This document shows positions 12,101 through 23,299 of a stretch of DNA of 58,001 bases, piece after piece. The notes beneath the pieces are model-generated. The model was not told where the DNA came from. It ran no database searches and worked only from the letters and a program-made list of their open reading frames with translations. Position 1 is the stretch's first letter, and every line of letters starts with the position of its first letter. The position numbers and the translations under genes were made by a program. Source of the DNA: Aplysia californica (Eukaryota); the NCBI RefSeq assembly GCF_000002075.1, contig NW_004797381.1:80620-138620 (forward strand), written 5' to 3'.

Positions 12101-13126
12101 CGCGTGGCGTGCTATTTCCCCAGCGGCGGAGCGCCCATCCCTCTTCAACAGCTGCCCTTGCAGTACTTCCCTCCCACCTGTCCGCCCGTCGCCCTCGCGC
12201 TTTTCCCCGCCACCCTCAACCTCAGCCTGGGCGCAGAACTTTGGCTCGAGTGCCACGGGTTGGGGGTTCCAACCCCGTCGGTGTCCTGGATCCTGCCCGG
12301 TGGATACGAGATCAACGCCACCTCCACGCCGAAATGGCCGGATGGAAGCGGCAAAACCACGCCGGCGTCGTCAGTGCGCGTTGTTGGGGAGACACGTCTA
12401 CATATCGCGGCGTTAACGCTGGCGGACAGCGGACCTTACGGCTGCCGTGCGTCCAACGCGGTAGGGGATGACTTCAGCTCTACTGTGGTTCTAGTGCTCA
12501 ATAAACCCCTGCGTTTGGTACAGGTGGAGGTGGGTGGCGATCACATCACCGTGTCGTGGCGCGGCTCGATACCGCGCCCACAGATGTCGCAATTTCAGCT
12601 AGTCTATAGGAGCCTGCGACCATCCGCTATCGAGGCGGAAAACGCGCGGCAAGATGACGCTACCTTGAAGGACGGCGGAAAGAGCGGCGGAGAAGAGGAA
12701 GACGGCTCGGCCGAGGTGTCGGGTTACCGGGTCGTCTTCCTACACGGCTCCATACACAAATGCACCATCACGGGACTTGAACCGCGAACCACTTACGAGG
12801 TATGCTTGGTGTACCGGCGCAACCAGCCCGTGCACTGCCAGAACTACACCACGACGACGGAAATTCGCCGCGTGGCCGCGCCGGCGGGCGGTATTGTGCG
12901 CGTGTCCGGCTCACAGATCGCCGTGGGCATGGCGTGCGTTTTGGGCTTCGCTCTGCTGGTGGTGAGCGTGGCTCTTGTGCGGAAGTTGCGTCACCGGAAG
13001 GACTACCGTGACCCCCTGGCGGAGGAGGAGAAGGCAGCCATACCGCTAGAAGGACTGGCCCCAAACGCCCCCAGCACACCGCTCACCTCCTCCAGAACAG
13101 CGCTGCTCACGAATTCGCAGACGTAG
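1588..13126 (+). CDS. LRRN: Leucine-rich repeat neuronal protein (LRRN1/2/3-like); 4 coding exons, 1020 aa; signal peptide-LRRNT-LRRs-LRRCT-Ig-FN3-TM
   Basis: Exons 1588-1881, 3971-4170, 9203-9338 and 10694-13126 join in frame (phases 0,2,0) with canonical junctions (CAG|gtaggt, ttgcag|G, CAG|gtacga, cccag|C, CAA|gtgagg, ttgcag|G). There is an in-frame stop at 1561 upstream of the ATG. Motifs: hydrophobic signal peptide, CPQKCRC...VNC cap, LxxLxLxxN repeats, HNPLHCDC, Ig (LWLECHGLGVPTPSVSW...DSGPYGC), FN3 (ITVSW...LEPRTTYEVC) and TM (IAVGMACVLGFALLVVSVALV). The segment DNPRLVFLHPDAFSGLPALRHLHLHNNAL...CPP...FPATLNL matches vertebrate LRRN proteins as I recall them. Confidence 0.92.
1909..2066. 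mobile_element. Small inverted-repeat element with internal TTAGGG-like repeats
   Basis: TTTCGTAACGAGCGACCAC / GTGGTCGCTCGATACGGAA flank GTTAGGG...TTTAGGGTAGGGCTAGGGTTAGGGTTA; the element lies in a (TAA)n tract. Confidence 0.55.
2082..2233. repeat. (AAT)n microsatellite
   Basis: Seen directly. (GT/CA)n tracts also occur at 1-58, 2943-3010, 8170-8362, 13167-13437, 14250-14460 and 39175-39245, and several abut assembly gaps. Confidence 0.95.
4527..4685 (-). repeat. Short interspersed repeat (family C); copies at about 39335-39500, 42750-42908 and 43952-44050
   Basis: Shared TTTTACGGCACTTGCAACACAAT...GTCATATAAGTGCC...TAGAGGTGTTACAAGAG...CCAACCACCCAC. Confidence 0.7.
5443..5962 (-). mobile_element. 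tRNA-derived SINE with Deu/Nin-like central domain, copy 1
   Basis: Minus-strand head GGGGCTCTCGTGGCCTAGAGG...GGTTCGAATCC (A/B boxes), a pyrimidine-rich spacer and a core TTCTCGGA...GCACGTTAAAGATCCC...TAAGAGTAGG...CAAAATTCAA. There are four copies in the window. Confidence 0.8.
8752..9135 (+). repeat. About 385-bp interspersed repeat (family B), copy 1
   Basis: Further copies on - at about 24178-24570, 38042-38415 and 42343-42730; same 3' tail as the Deu/Nin-like SINE. Confidence 0.8.
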
Positions 13127-13177
13127 CAGCAGACCCGAAAGAACCATACTGTCACAGACTGCTCTTACACACACAAA

Positions 13178-13217
<40 letters not shown>

Positions 13218-14285
13218 CGTGCACACACACGCGCTCACACACACACCAGCTTTACAGACTAGCTTTTTGCGCATATTTTGGCGGAACGGTCGTTACACAA
13301 CCATACACATGAATCAACACACACACGCACACACACACACACACTCACACCTATTCACATGCACGCAAACGCACGCACGCACACACAGACACACACATTC
13401 ACACCTACAAACTCGCACCACACCTACACATAAACTANNNNNNNNNNNNNNNNNNNNNNNNNNNNNNNNNNNNNNNNNNNNNNNNNNNNNNNNNNNNNNN
13501 NNNNNNNNNNNNNNNNNNNNNNNNNNNNNNNNNNNNNNNNNNNNNNNNNNNNNNNNNNNNNNNNNNNNNNNNNNNNNCACATTAAGATCTCTTTTCGAAC
13601 CCGGAGACTAAGATTACGAATCAAAACATACTTTCAATACAGACAAACATTGACACTACTTCGATTCCCTAACCACCTTTGTTTTCAAGATACATTATTA
13701 TGTACATGTCAAGGAATATAAAGTGAGTCATACAAGATGAGTATATCTAATTATCTTTAGAGAGAGAGAGAGAGGCAGAGAGAGGGTGTGANNNNNNNNN
13801 NNNNNNNNNNNNNNNNNNNNNNNNNNNNNNNNNNNNNNNNNNNNNNNNNNNNNNNNNNNNNNNNNNNNNNNNNNNNNNNNNNNNNNNNNNNNNNNNNNNN
13901 NNNNNNNNNNNNNNNNNNNNNNNNNNNNNNNNNNNNNNNNNNNNNNNNNNNNNNNNNNNNNNNNNNNNNNNNNNNNNNNNNNNNNNNNNNNNNNNNNNNN
14001 NNNTTGTGATTTGATTGATTACTACTCCGTGTCCAATCTGGCGTACATGTATAGTGTATGAATCCATTTAGCGTTGCTGAACCGTTTCTCATGAACCATG
14101 AAAATGATTGTAAAGATACGAGCCAATAATTCGGTCGTCTACGACCATTGTATTACCGCCGTGCAATGAACGTGTGCATCTGGCGGTGCTGTGTTCCTTA
14201 ATAAAGTTATGCGTTCTTGAAGCGCACTTTTGTTCCGACCTTGACCGTTCTGTGTGCGTGTGCATGTATGTTATATTATGTGTGC

Positions 14286-14326
<41 letters not shown>

Positions 14327-14519
14327 CGTGTGTGTGCGTGCGTGTGTGTGTGGGTTTGTGTGTGTGCGCAAGTGTGCTTTTTGTGCGTGCGTGCGTGTTT
14401 GTGTGTGCGTTTGTGTTTGCGTACGTACGTACGGGCGTGCGTGCGTGTGTTTCTGTGCGCGCGGTCTTTTTTTTTTTTTTTTATCTATTCGCTCCCGTAG
14501 AGTTCTGGAAAGCCATCAA

Positions 14520-14698
14520 CACAATTTAGATCATTTAGGAGGCAGGTTTCAACCCTGTCTGTCAGGGCCAACCCGGTCTGAGAGGGATACAACATCCCAG
14601 CAGAACAGTGATTTAAAAAAATCTCCCAACACGGGAATCGAACTCCGGTCTTGCGTGAACGACGGCGAAGCGCCTTACCGCTACAACACGGACGTCGG
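14520..14698 (-). mobile_element. Short tRNA-derived SINE; copies at about 3718-3915 (+), 7455-7815 (-) and 30020-30195 (-)
   Basis: Minus-strand head CGTCCGTGTTGTAGCGGTAAGGCGCTTCGCC...GGAGTTCGATTCCCG, followed by a shared non-tRNA body. Confidence 0.7.
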
Positions 14699-14721
14699 TA
14701 TACAGGGCCTGGGAATATATA

Positions 14722-15153
14722 TGAGGCAGCGTGGTGGAATCAGGCTCTCGTCAATTTTTGGGCATGTAGAGTTATTGGTGTGATCGTAAAGCTTGTTCAC
14801 TTGTCTTTATTTCAATGACAAAAATATCTATTTATCTTGAATACAAGTCGAGATATTTGCCAATGAAGGAGGTGGGGGTCACCTGTTCTCAGAGGTAAAA
14901 TTAGTGAAAAAATGGCCACCAAAGATTAGTTGTTTCCTTAGCTTAAGAGTCCGTGGTAACTGAAAATTTACATTTTTATGCCTTTAATCAACGTTTTTAA
15001 GACAAATCCACACAGAAATGAATTCTTTAATGGGCATGAAAGGTGTTGAGCCAAAAAACAAAAATTTGATTAAAACTCACAAACCTGCGGAAAAATGCAA
15101 GCTTCTTCACTTTGATTATTTTGACGAGAGCCTGATTCCACCACGCTGCCTCA
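14722..15153. mobile_element. MITE family copy 1 (about 430 bp)
   Basis: About 33-bp TIR TGAGGCAGCGTGGTGGAATCAGGCTCTCGTCAA. Close copy at 34431-34856; diverged inverted copy at about 50200-50610. Confidence 0.85.
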
Positions 15154-15961
15154 CTAATGAACTGTACCAGTGGAGATGTAAAATGTTTACGACAAAACTG
15201 GATAAAGCCGGAGAAGATGATCTGGAACGTGCAACACCCCCTCCCCCAGCACGCGCACGCACGCACACGCACGCACGCACGCACATGCACACACACACCA
15301 CACACCTTTCCAAAGAATAAACTGAGCAAAACAAACCGCAAGTCGGCCTCTCACTTATTTATAAGACAATTCGGAATAAACAGTTGAATTTAAAATGCAG
15401 TTTCTGGGACTCTTGAACCGCCATAAAGGCCTTACTTGAAAGATTGAAAGTAGAAGGAAAACGAGGAAGTGGTAGACCAGGAGCAACTCTCCAGTAAAAC
15501 CTGAACAGGTGGATCACCGGGTACAACCAGGATTTTTAAAAATATAATTTTCTTTCTGTCAGATTGGTATTTTATTATGACGATGAGCTATGTTGTATAG
15601 GCCTGGTCTATTCACTACCTATCGATAGAAAAAAATCATATTATTATTGTTTCGTTAGAGTTTTACGGCACTCGCAAAACAATTATGACAAGTAAATGCC
15701 GAACATTAAATAAAGGTGTTGTAAGAGGAGAGGGAGACGGATGTTAGAATGGAAAGGAGGAGCAAACAACACCAGAAGTCTTTGTACACTTTATCCCTCC
15801 ATCCGGAACTTGCCTGGCCTAGTAGGCACGCTTGGCGTTTCTACATTCTTTGGGGAAGCGTACCGGTCGCCATGATGCCATGATCAAAAGACATTTTTAA
15901 CTTATGTAAAGAACGAAGGGATTGAGATTTACTTATAATGTAGAAATACCCCCCCCCCCCC

Positions 15962-15992
<31 letters not shown>

Positions 15993-18151
15993 CGACTGCC
16001 GGCATCGAAATGGCGCCAACGATACAGACCACTACAAAGAAGTCACAAGCCTGAAACCCAGTTTCCAAAAAAGTCACCACTATTTTACACTACGTGTAAT
16101 ACAAATAGGTTGTTACAAAGCCAGCGTATTTCACCAAAGAGGTAACGGTAAACTTTAAAGAAAAGAAAGTGAGGATTGTAAAGGCGATACACTGGATAAA
16201 ATATCTATATTTCCGAGTAAGTATAAACACTCCGGTGGGTTATTTCACAATCAAAAAGGTTGCATCCCATACGTTCTTATCTTATCCTCTGACTGAAATC
16301 GGTGTCCACAAAGCCGTCAAGGTTGCATCTCTTATAACACCTCCGACTAAAATAGTAAGGTTGGAACCAAACATAAAGGAAATACATTCGAGAGAAAGTA
16401 AAAGTATACCATAATAACAACATTTTTATAAAAAAGTATCAGACATTGAAAATGACTGGAAAACGGCCAAAAGCGCTCCCAATTTCGCCACTCACGCAAA
16501 GGGGGACAATCATTCATTACTCACAGGGGAATTTAAATATCAAGGCTACATCCCTTGGACTTAATTGCGTTAAAAACCGCATAGAGGCAAGTTGTCACTA
16601 AACGTACTCTGTCACCCGCAAATCAGATAATCTAATGATAAAGGTCTGAGGTATACTGTGTACAATGTACCTTCTCAAATTGAAGACAAAAATATCAAGA
16701 CATTAACTGTATTTAGGGGGATGGTTTAAATATTCGAACATGTTTACACAGAGTCAACAGTCTATAAAAAACACCCCCAGTAGGTGCATTACCAGTGTTT
16801 CATGATACTGTGAGAGGCCATCATATAAATATAAGGACTACCATCAGGCTGGCATCTTTGCTAAAAAGGCAATGAGCTCCTACACTCTAACATTAAATCT
16901 GTAAAAACATGTTTTCAGTAAAAGGGGGACACACATTACATAGATGCTGTCTTCAGAACAAAGATAATCAAGTGAAACATTTTTGTTGGCCAAATAAAAC
17001 AACCTTTCTCCCACTATGGCATGACTTGGAGATCATACTTTTGAAAAATGATTAAGAAGACAAATGAACTAGTAAGTATCACTTTCGAACATTGGACTGC
17101 AGGGTGATAAAATCGGGAACATCACTTGGACAATAACAGCAACAACAAAACACTAACTTAACAAGTAATAGTAATTATTTGGGGAGGACAACCAATGACT
17201 ATAGTTCGGTCAAAAATGCATCGAACAACTTATTGTCAAATATCTCCTTACTATCGAACACAGATTATCAAACTTTTGCGCAATGACTTAGATCTATATC
17301 AATTTGTCTTAACAGGTGAATATTTTTTCAAACTCTTGAACACTGTATTCTAGAAAATTCCTTAATAAATACCAATAAAAAATCCTGGTCAATGGTTTCT
17401 ACAGATTTTAAAAAGTTAACACCTCTGGCAATATCACTTTTAATAGTAAGTTGGTCATTTTTTTCTAATCGCAACATTATGCTCATTGAACGTATGTTTA
17501 GGAAACCTTTAGTGTAAAAAATGTGTTCACTATAAAATTAACTTCTTGTAAGAAGTTTTGCCACTAAAAAGTGTCATAGAAAGGTGAGCTGTGACGAAGG
17601 CCATACGCGTATGCAAAATGTGTGCGAGGAGCGGGAAGAGCTGTGAACAATCCCATTTTCAGAGTGATGAAGATTTAAAGTATTTTATATAAATTTAGGA
17701 AGATAAGTTTTTAATAGAGCCTCAGTGGTTGTGGAAAAATGTGATTAAGTTAAGACAATTGATACAAACTGATGTGCAAAGTATGGGTAACATTGATTCA
17801 CCCGTTAAAGAGATATTTGAGGACAAGTTGCGCCACGAATTTTTGACTGCACTATAGGCTGCCTCAGGCGTTACCCAAAGGATCGTTGATACTTGCAAGA
17901 AGCACCTTTTTTAACGTTGCGGATAGGTGCAAAGATGACAAAACAACAACCAACTACAACAACTGGCTCCATTGCCCCCTCAACCTGTCGGCCACAAACA
18001 CACACAACAAGGATAGCAACGAGAAAAAAACACATTTTTGATATTAATTAAAAATGCACCACTTTCTGTATAATGGTGCTAACTATCAGTTACACTTTCC
18101 TCTGCACAAACCAAAAATTCGTGCCAAAGAAGGTGGAAAATAATACATGCA

Positions 18152-18533
18152 CAGACATGCCAAACCCTCCATGATCAAAAACAGGGAGTTTCCCTGAGAA
18201 TCCTCCTTAAAACTCTGAGGGGAAAAAATTGGAGTCTCCAGAACCGCAGTAGAATCAGATTATGTAATGAAATAATTGTGAATTACAAATACACACAAAT
18301 AAACACAAATTAAAATGTGTATCATCATGCCATTAATGATCTGTTATGCGAATATTGCAAATTGACATTTTTTTTTCAAGTCTCTTACGACAAGTGCGTA
18401 TGACCAATGGAAATGGAATTCAAGAACAAAATTGGATTTCATGCAAATCTGATCAATCAGAGTTCTTCCATGCACAACATTTTCTTTAAAACATTGGAAG
18501 ACTCCGATTTATTTGGAGTTCTTGGCAGGTCTG
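18152..18533. mobile_element. hAT-like MITE (related copy at about 35012-35392)
   Basis: Ends CAGACATGCCAA...TTGGCAGGTCTG; shares interior (AGAATCCTCC...AGTCTCCAGAACC...CAGATTA) with the 35 kb copy. Confidence 0.5.
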
Positions 18534-18599
18534 CATGTACAACAACCACACAAATCAGAACTCAGCACAGCAAGCCCACAAATGACATGGAGTACTTAC

Positions 18600-20345
18600 A
18601 CAAGGGAAACAACTTCTCCTCTCTCAAACTGCATGCTAGAAGCCGCCCAGCGGTTCAGCAGCACAAAATCTGTGTTGTTGCCCTCCGCATTCAAGGTTGG
18701 CTGGGGACAGATGAACAAACATCAGATGCTATTTGACAGACTGACTGAAGACAGACAGACAAACATAAGCTGCAGGTTAACTGAGGACAGAAGGCAAACA
18801 TCAGTTGCTATCATACATACAGACCAATAGCTATAGATTGTTTATACCCCAACGTTCAGCTACTAATTACTTGCCTTTAAAATATTTATCCTGAGTAGGG
18901 GTTTTTTTTCTCTTGTATTTTTTAAAATGAAAGACAAACACATTTCAGCAACCTCTCCATCTTGGCAAACACAATGTTTTACCAGTATGAACAATCGCTT
19001 TTCATTTTGTGAAAATCTATGACCATGCGACCTATAGAGGAGGTAATTGGGGGGGGGGGTTAAAGCTAAAACAAGACTAGATTGTTATGATTAGGTGCTA
19101 AGAACATAGATTGACTGACAAGACTCTCCAGTACCTTAAAGCTGAGTACTCATCCCTCTATGAATAAATTGACAAAAGAAATGATTATTTTAAAGTATAA
19201 GTGTTCTTCCCAACTGACACAACAATATTAGGCCCGAGTTAAATGTATCATATTCAAGACCTAATGGTTGCAAGTCCAACGGCTTATAATACCACAAACT
19301 TTTCACTAAGCTACTGATGTCACAAAGAAACAGGAAAAAGATATCAGCTGTTTAGTGTTAGACTCCGCCACATGCCATTTTGAAAAATGACGTGCGACAC
19401 AGAGTCTTACAGTGAGCAGTCGATATAATATGCAATATGCACTGAAAGAAATAGACAGAGAATCATTTTTTTGTCACATGGTGAGGATTTTTTATTGTTG
19501 TTTTTGATGTTTTACGGCGCTCGCAACTGCATAACGTCACATGAACGTGTGGGACACATTGAGCATTTTCAGTCTGCTAGGAATTAATTTGGTTTTTGCC
19601 AGGGTGGTGGCCGAAGCTTACTATCAATTTTAGGACCACCAAGGGATCTTTATACGGGGTGCCCACTACGGATGGGATCAGCCGATCGGGGCGATCGCCC
19701 AACTCGATCGCCTCAAAAACAAACGTGTTTGTTTTCAGTTTCAGGCGATCGAGTCGGGCGATCGGCCAAATCCAGCTGTAGTGGGCACCCCGTCGTAATG
19801 TGTGAACTTGAATATGGGACCTCCGAGATCTTTTTGTTTTTACCCGAGAAGGATGGGTGTTAGATCTTACTTACCATAAGATCGGGGGTGTGGCTGGAAG
19901 TCAGTGGTAAAAAGGAGCCAAGGAGTAGCAGTAGAAAGGCAGAAGAAAAAGTCTGGAGAAAAGAGGGGGCAAGGGGAGGGGGAGGAGGGGGAGGGGCAGA
20001 AAGTGGAGACGAAAGCAGACGACAGAACAAATTTAGAGATCAGGAAAGGAGGTGAGAGGAGAAGTTTTTTGAAGAGAAGAAAATTTTCCGTCGCTGTCGG
20101 GTTTCGCAACCAGTTGAACGAGAGGCAAACACAATACCTCTAGACCAAGAGAGCCCCCATGGTGGTGGGGTCTGGCCACCTATCATAAAATACTCACATT
20201 ACAACACTGAAGACTTCATAATCACGATTACCTGCATTGATACACCATCTACAGTCCTCACTGCATAGAAAATGTCGGTGAAGGCCACATATGATGGAAC
20301 AAACATGATCGCGCCTTTGATCATGTGCTTAATCCACCTGGCCAT
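18600..20345 (-). CDS. IMMP2L: Mitochondrial inner membrane protease subunit 2, first two coding exons (gene continues beyond the left edge)
   Basis: Exon 20345-20232 encodes MARWIKHMIKGAIMFVPSYVAFTDIFYAVRTVDGVSMQ|gtaatc (phase 0). Exon 18700-18600 encodes cccag|PTLNAEGNNTDFVLLNRWAASSMQFERGEVVSL(V)|gtaagt (phase 2). The S26 peptidase catalytic-serine motif G-x-SMQP, the D-x-VLLN and RG-x-x-V motifs and the intron positions match human IMMP2L (VEGASMQ|PSLNP...RGDIVSLV|). Confidence 0.92.
19508..20158 (-). mobile_element. Deu/Nin-like SINE copy 2 (contains MITE)
   Basis: Colinear with 5443-5962 apart from the 19654-19793 insertion. Confidence 0.8.
19654..19793. mobile_element. 140-bp hairpin MITE nested in a SINE
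   Basis: ACGGGGTGCCCACTAC...GTAGTGGGCACCCCGT, with inner inverted arms CGATCGCCCAACTCGATCGCCT / AGGCGATCGAGTCGGGCGATCG. It is absent from the other SINE copies. Confidence 0.75.
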
Positions 20346-22066
20346 CTTGTACCTTTTTGTGCTTCCCAGATGATTTCAGGAAATTTTTTTTCATCTGTGG
20401 AAATTATTGCACAAGTGTAAATTTGTCGGCCAACTATATTCTCACCTGGGGAGAATAACTCATGATCTGCTATTCTCATCCCCCCCCCCCCCCCCCCCCG
20501 ACCGGACATCGACAGTGATGTACATCAATATTTCTTTATTGTAATAGTTCGGCCAGCTTCAAGCACCCTAGCCCATGAGATGGAAGGAGCACTCTTACAG
20601 AATTAAAGTCAGGATTATGGGATATATATGGAAAATTATGAAGCAGACTTTTGAAACAGATGATCATCTTAACCAGATCTTTGCTAAATAATTAAATTAA
20701 ATTAAAAAAAACCCAAAAAATAGAATAATAATAATGTTAAAACATTTTTCGCCTCTCCAGTAAAAAATATGTCTCACTACTGATGACACTGGACGGGATG
20801 TGAGACCGGCTGGACCATTCGTTGTTTACACACTTAATGATGACAGGCCTCTCTGCCTGCACACACTACATTGGTCCAAGGAACAGAGAGCGTGCATGAA
20901 CGTGTAATGAGACACAAGCACGAGACTTTTATATTATGCTCTTGCACGACGATAGAAGTAGAAGGGTAGTAAATTATTCAGACCAAATGGGCGAGGGCGT
21001 TAAATCGTGTTAACTAGTTCAATTACTAAGCAATCCAAGCTCTTTTCTTCACTTTCATTTCGTTTTCTTTTATTCTTTCTTTTTCTTTTTTTCTTGCCCC
21101 TTCTTTCCCCTTCTTCTTGAACATTGGGAGTTTGGAGTAAAAAAAAAAGAGCCAGAGAGCCAAATGAAATTCTCCGGGCCAGACGCGATCCCTCCAAACT
21201 GACAACCCTTACTGTGACTATTCCGACCACGAACACAATCCAGTGGAGCATCAGCCCCCCCCCTGGATCATTTCTGGAAACCTCAGCCCTGAACCCTCTA
21301 CGGTCATTTCCTGTAAAACGAGGGGGTGAGAATAGCGACACATGAGAACAACCACTTCCAAATTTGTCAGACCTCTCCTGCCTGTACTGTTGCGTACGTG
21401 TTCGCCGCTTGTAGCAGCAGCGTCAGCAATGATGACGACGTGTGTGTGTTTGGAAGGAGCTCCGCAGAGGGCTGGCCGACCAACAACACACAAAAGAGGG
21501 GATATTCTATGCAGGGTATAGATCTACCCTAACCCTAACCTATAGGCCTACCCTGACCCAAAATCCTAACTCTTGTAATCTGCTCAGTGGATCTTGTCAT
21601 GGTCAGTCTGAAACCCCCTCATTTATAGTTAAATTTACTATTATCAAACATAATAACTCAATCAATAACTAATAACTATTGATTTGCGGCAAAATCAAAA
21701 ATGAAGGCCATTATATTCGTGTTCAGCATGCAAAATACTACTAGAAAAATAGTATATCAAACGTGTACATGTGACGAGTGTATTAGTAAAAAAATACCGA
21801 CGATGTACACTTACATTCTAGATCTAGAAATCTAGATATCTAGATCTAGATTATACTGAACTGTAAACTGTAATAATATATACAGAATTAGTACAGTCGA
21901 TCTGCAACATTCAATCATTATCATTGAGACCAATTTGACTTTGTTGCTCAAAAATCCGTTAAAATTTGGTTAAAAATTCAAAGCCACATTCCAAATGATA
22001 AAAGGCAAGCACTAAGGAAATAAGACGTTCTGTGTGAAATTTGCATTTCGAGTCATTCTACCCTAC

Positions 22067-22280
22067 CTGAGCGAAAACATTGTTTTTCTTCGCTGGTAGG
22101 GCCTACATCAATGTCATGTTTGACCGGCGAGTCCCAATGTTTTGATCATGTACTTTTGTACTTTTTTCAATAACAGTACGGCAAGGGAGGTCACTCTCAA
22201 AATTAATGGTAAGTTAGGCTACTGATGCGTGCACGGCAACGTGCCCCGGGGTCGCATGTGCTGTTGCAACCGGAGGAAGA
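22067..22280 (-). promoter_or_regulatory. Probable non-coding first exon and promoter of IMMP2L
   Basis: Minus-strand donor TCAG|gtaggg at 22067/22066, next to a locally CpG-richer segment (22220-22280). A suitable acceptor (ttccacag|) precedes the ATG exon at 20394. The TSS cannot be determined from sequence. Confidence 0.45.
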
Positions 22281-22679
22281 AAAACACTTTTTGAAAACGA
22301 TCCCTTTTGAAAATAAAGAAGAAGAAAAAGAATATGAATAGACTGATCTGCTTCTAACTCTTAGACCACAGAAGATTTTTTAAAGAGAGTATTTTTCTGA
22401 GCCAACCCACCACTAAAGTAAAGCCACTATCGGTACACTTACCCTTGCACTTTCTGAATCTATTGACCGCTAATCCTCGCCCCACAGTGTGCGCAGCTCG
22501 TCCTAGCTCCGAAACTCTCCTTTTAAATGAGGGAGACTGGCAGAATATTTAAAATGCTTTGCGAAGGAAAGGAATCCGATGTTGGAGCATAGGAGAAAGA
22601 AGTGAAAGCAATACCGTAAGAAATGACAGATCAGTTGCTTTCCCCCAAAAATAATATATAACTAAAAACAAAGGGCGAG

Positions 22680-23162
22680 GGGGGGGTCTCTTGTGATCTT
22701 GATCGAGGCACAGTGTTCACCTCTCATTCGACAATATCTCCCGTGTTCGAAACCTGATAGCAACGGTCCATTTTCTCCTCTAAAATTTTCTCCTTTCATC
22801 TCCTTGTTCCTGCTCTCTAATAATATTCTGTCATCTGCTTTCATTTCCCCTTTCAGCCCCCCCCCCCCCCCCCCTTTCCTCTGAGCTCCTGACTCTTTCA
22901 GCTGCTACTCCTGCTCTCTGTCTTTCAGCCACACCCCTGATCTTAGGGTAGGCAATATCAAATACTAAGCCTTCTCGGATATGGGCGAAAAATCTCAGAG
23001 GTCCCAGTGTACGTTGAGCACGTAAAAGATCTCTGGTGGTCCTAAAATTGATAAGAGTACGCTTCAGCCGCCACACGGACAAAATTCAAAATTCCTACCA
23101 AACTGAAAATATTTAATGTGTCCCGTGCGCATATATGGCATTATGCAGTTGGGAGCGCCTAA
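22680..23162 (+). mobile_element. Deu/Nin-like SINE copy 3
   Basis: Reverse complement of 5443-5962; B box GTTCGAAACC at about 22745. Confidence 0.8.
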
Positions 23163-23299
23163 AATACCCCCTCCTCCCAAAAACCCCCCAAAAAACCCCC
23201 CAACAACAAACAAACCCAAAACAAAACAACAACAAAACAACAATTTCCCTCAACTCTCTCTCTCTCTCTCTCTCTTTCTCTCACTCTCTCTGTTTTGGT

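Noticed and set aside
21000-21530. Cluster of short ORFs in a GC-richer part of IMMP2L intron 1
   Set aside because: No recognisable domain or consistent splice structure; left unannotated.
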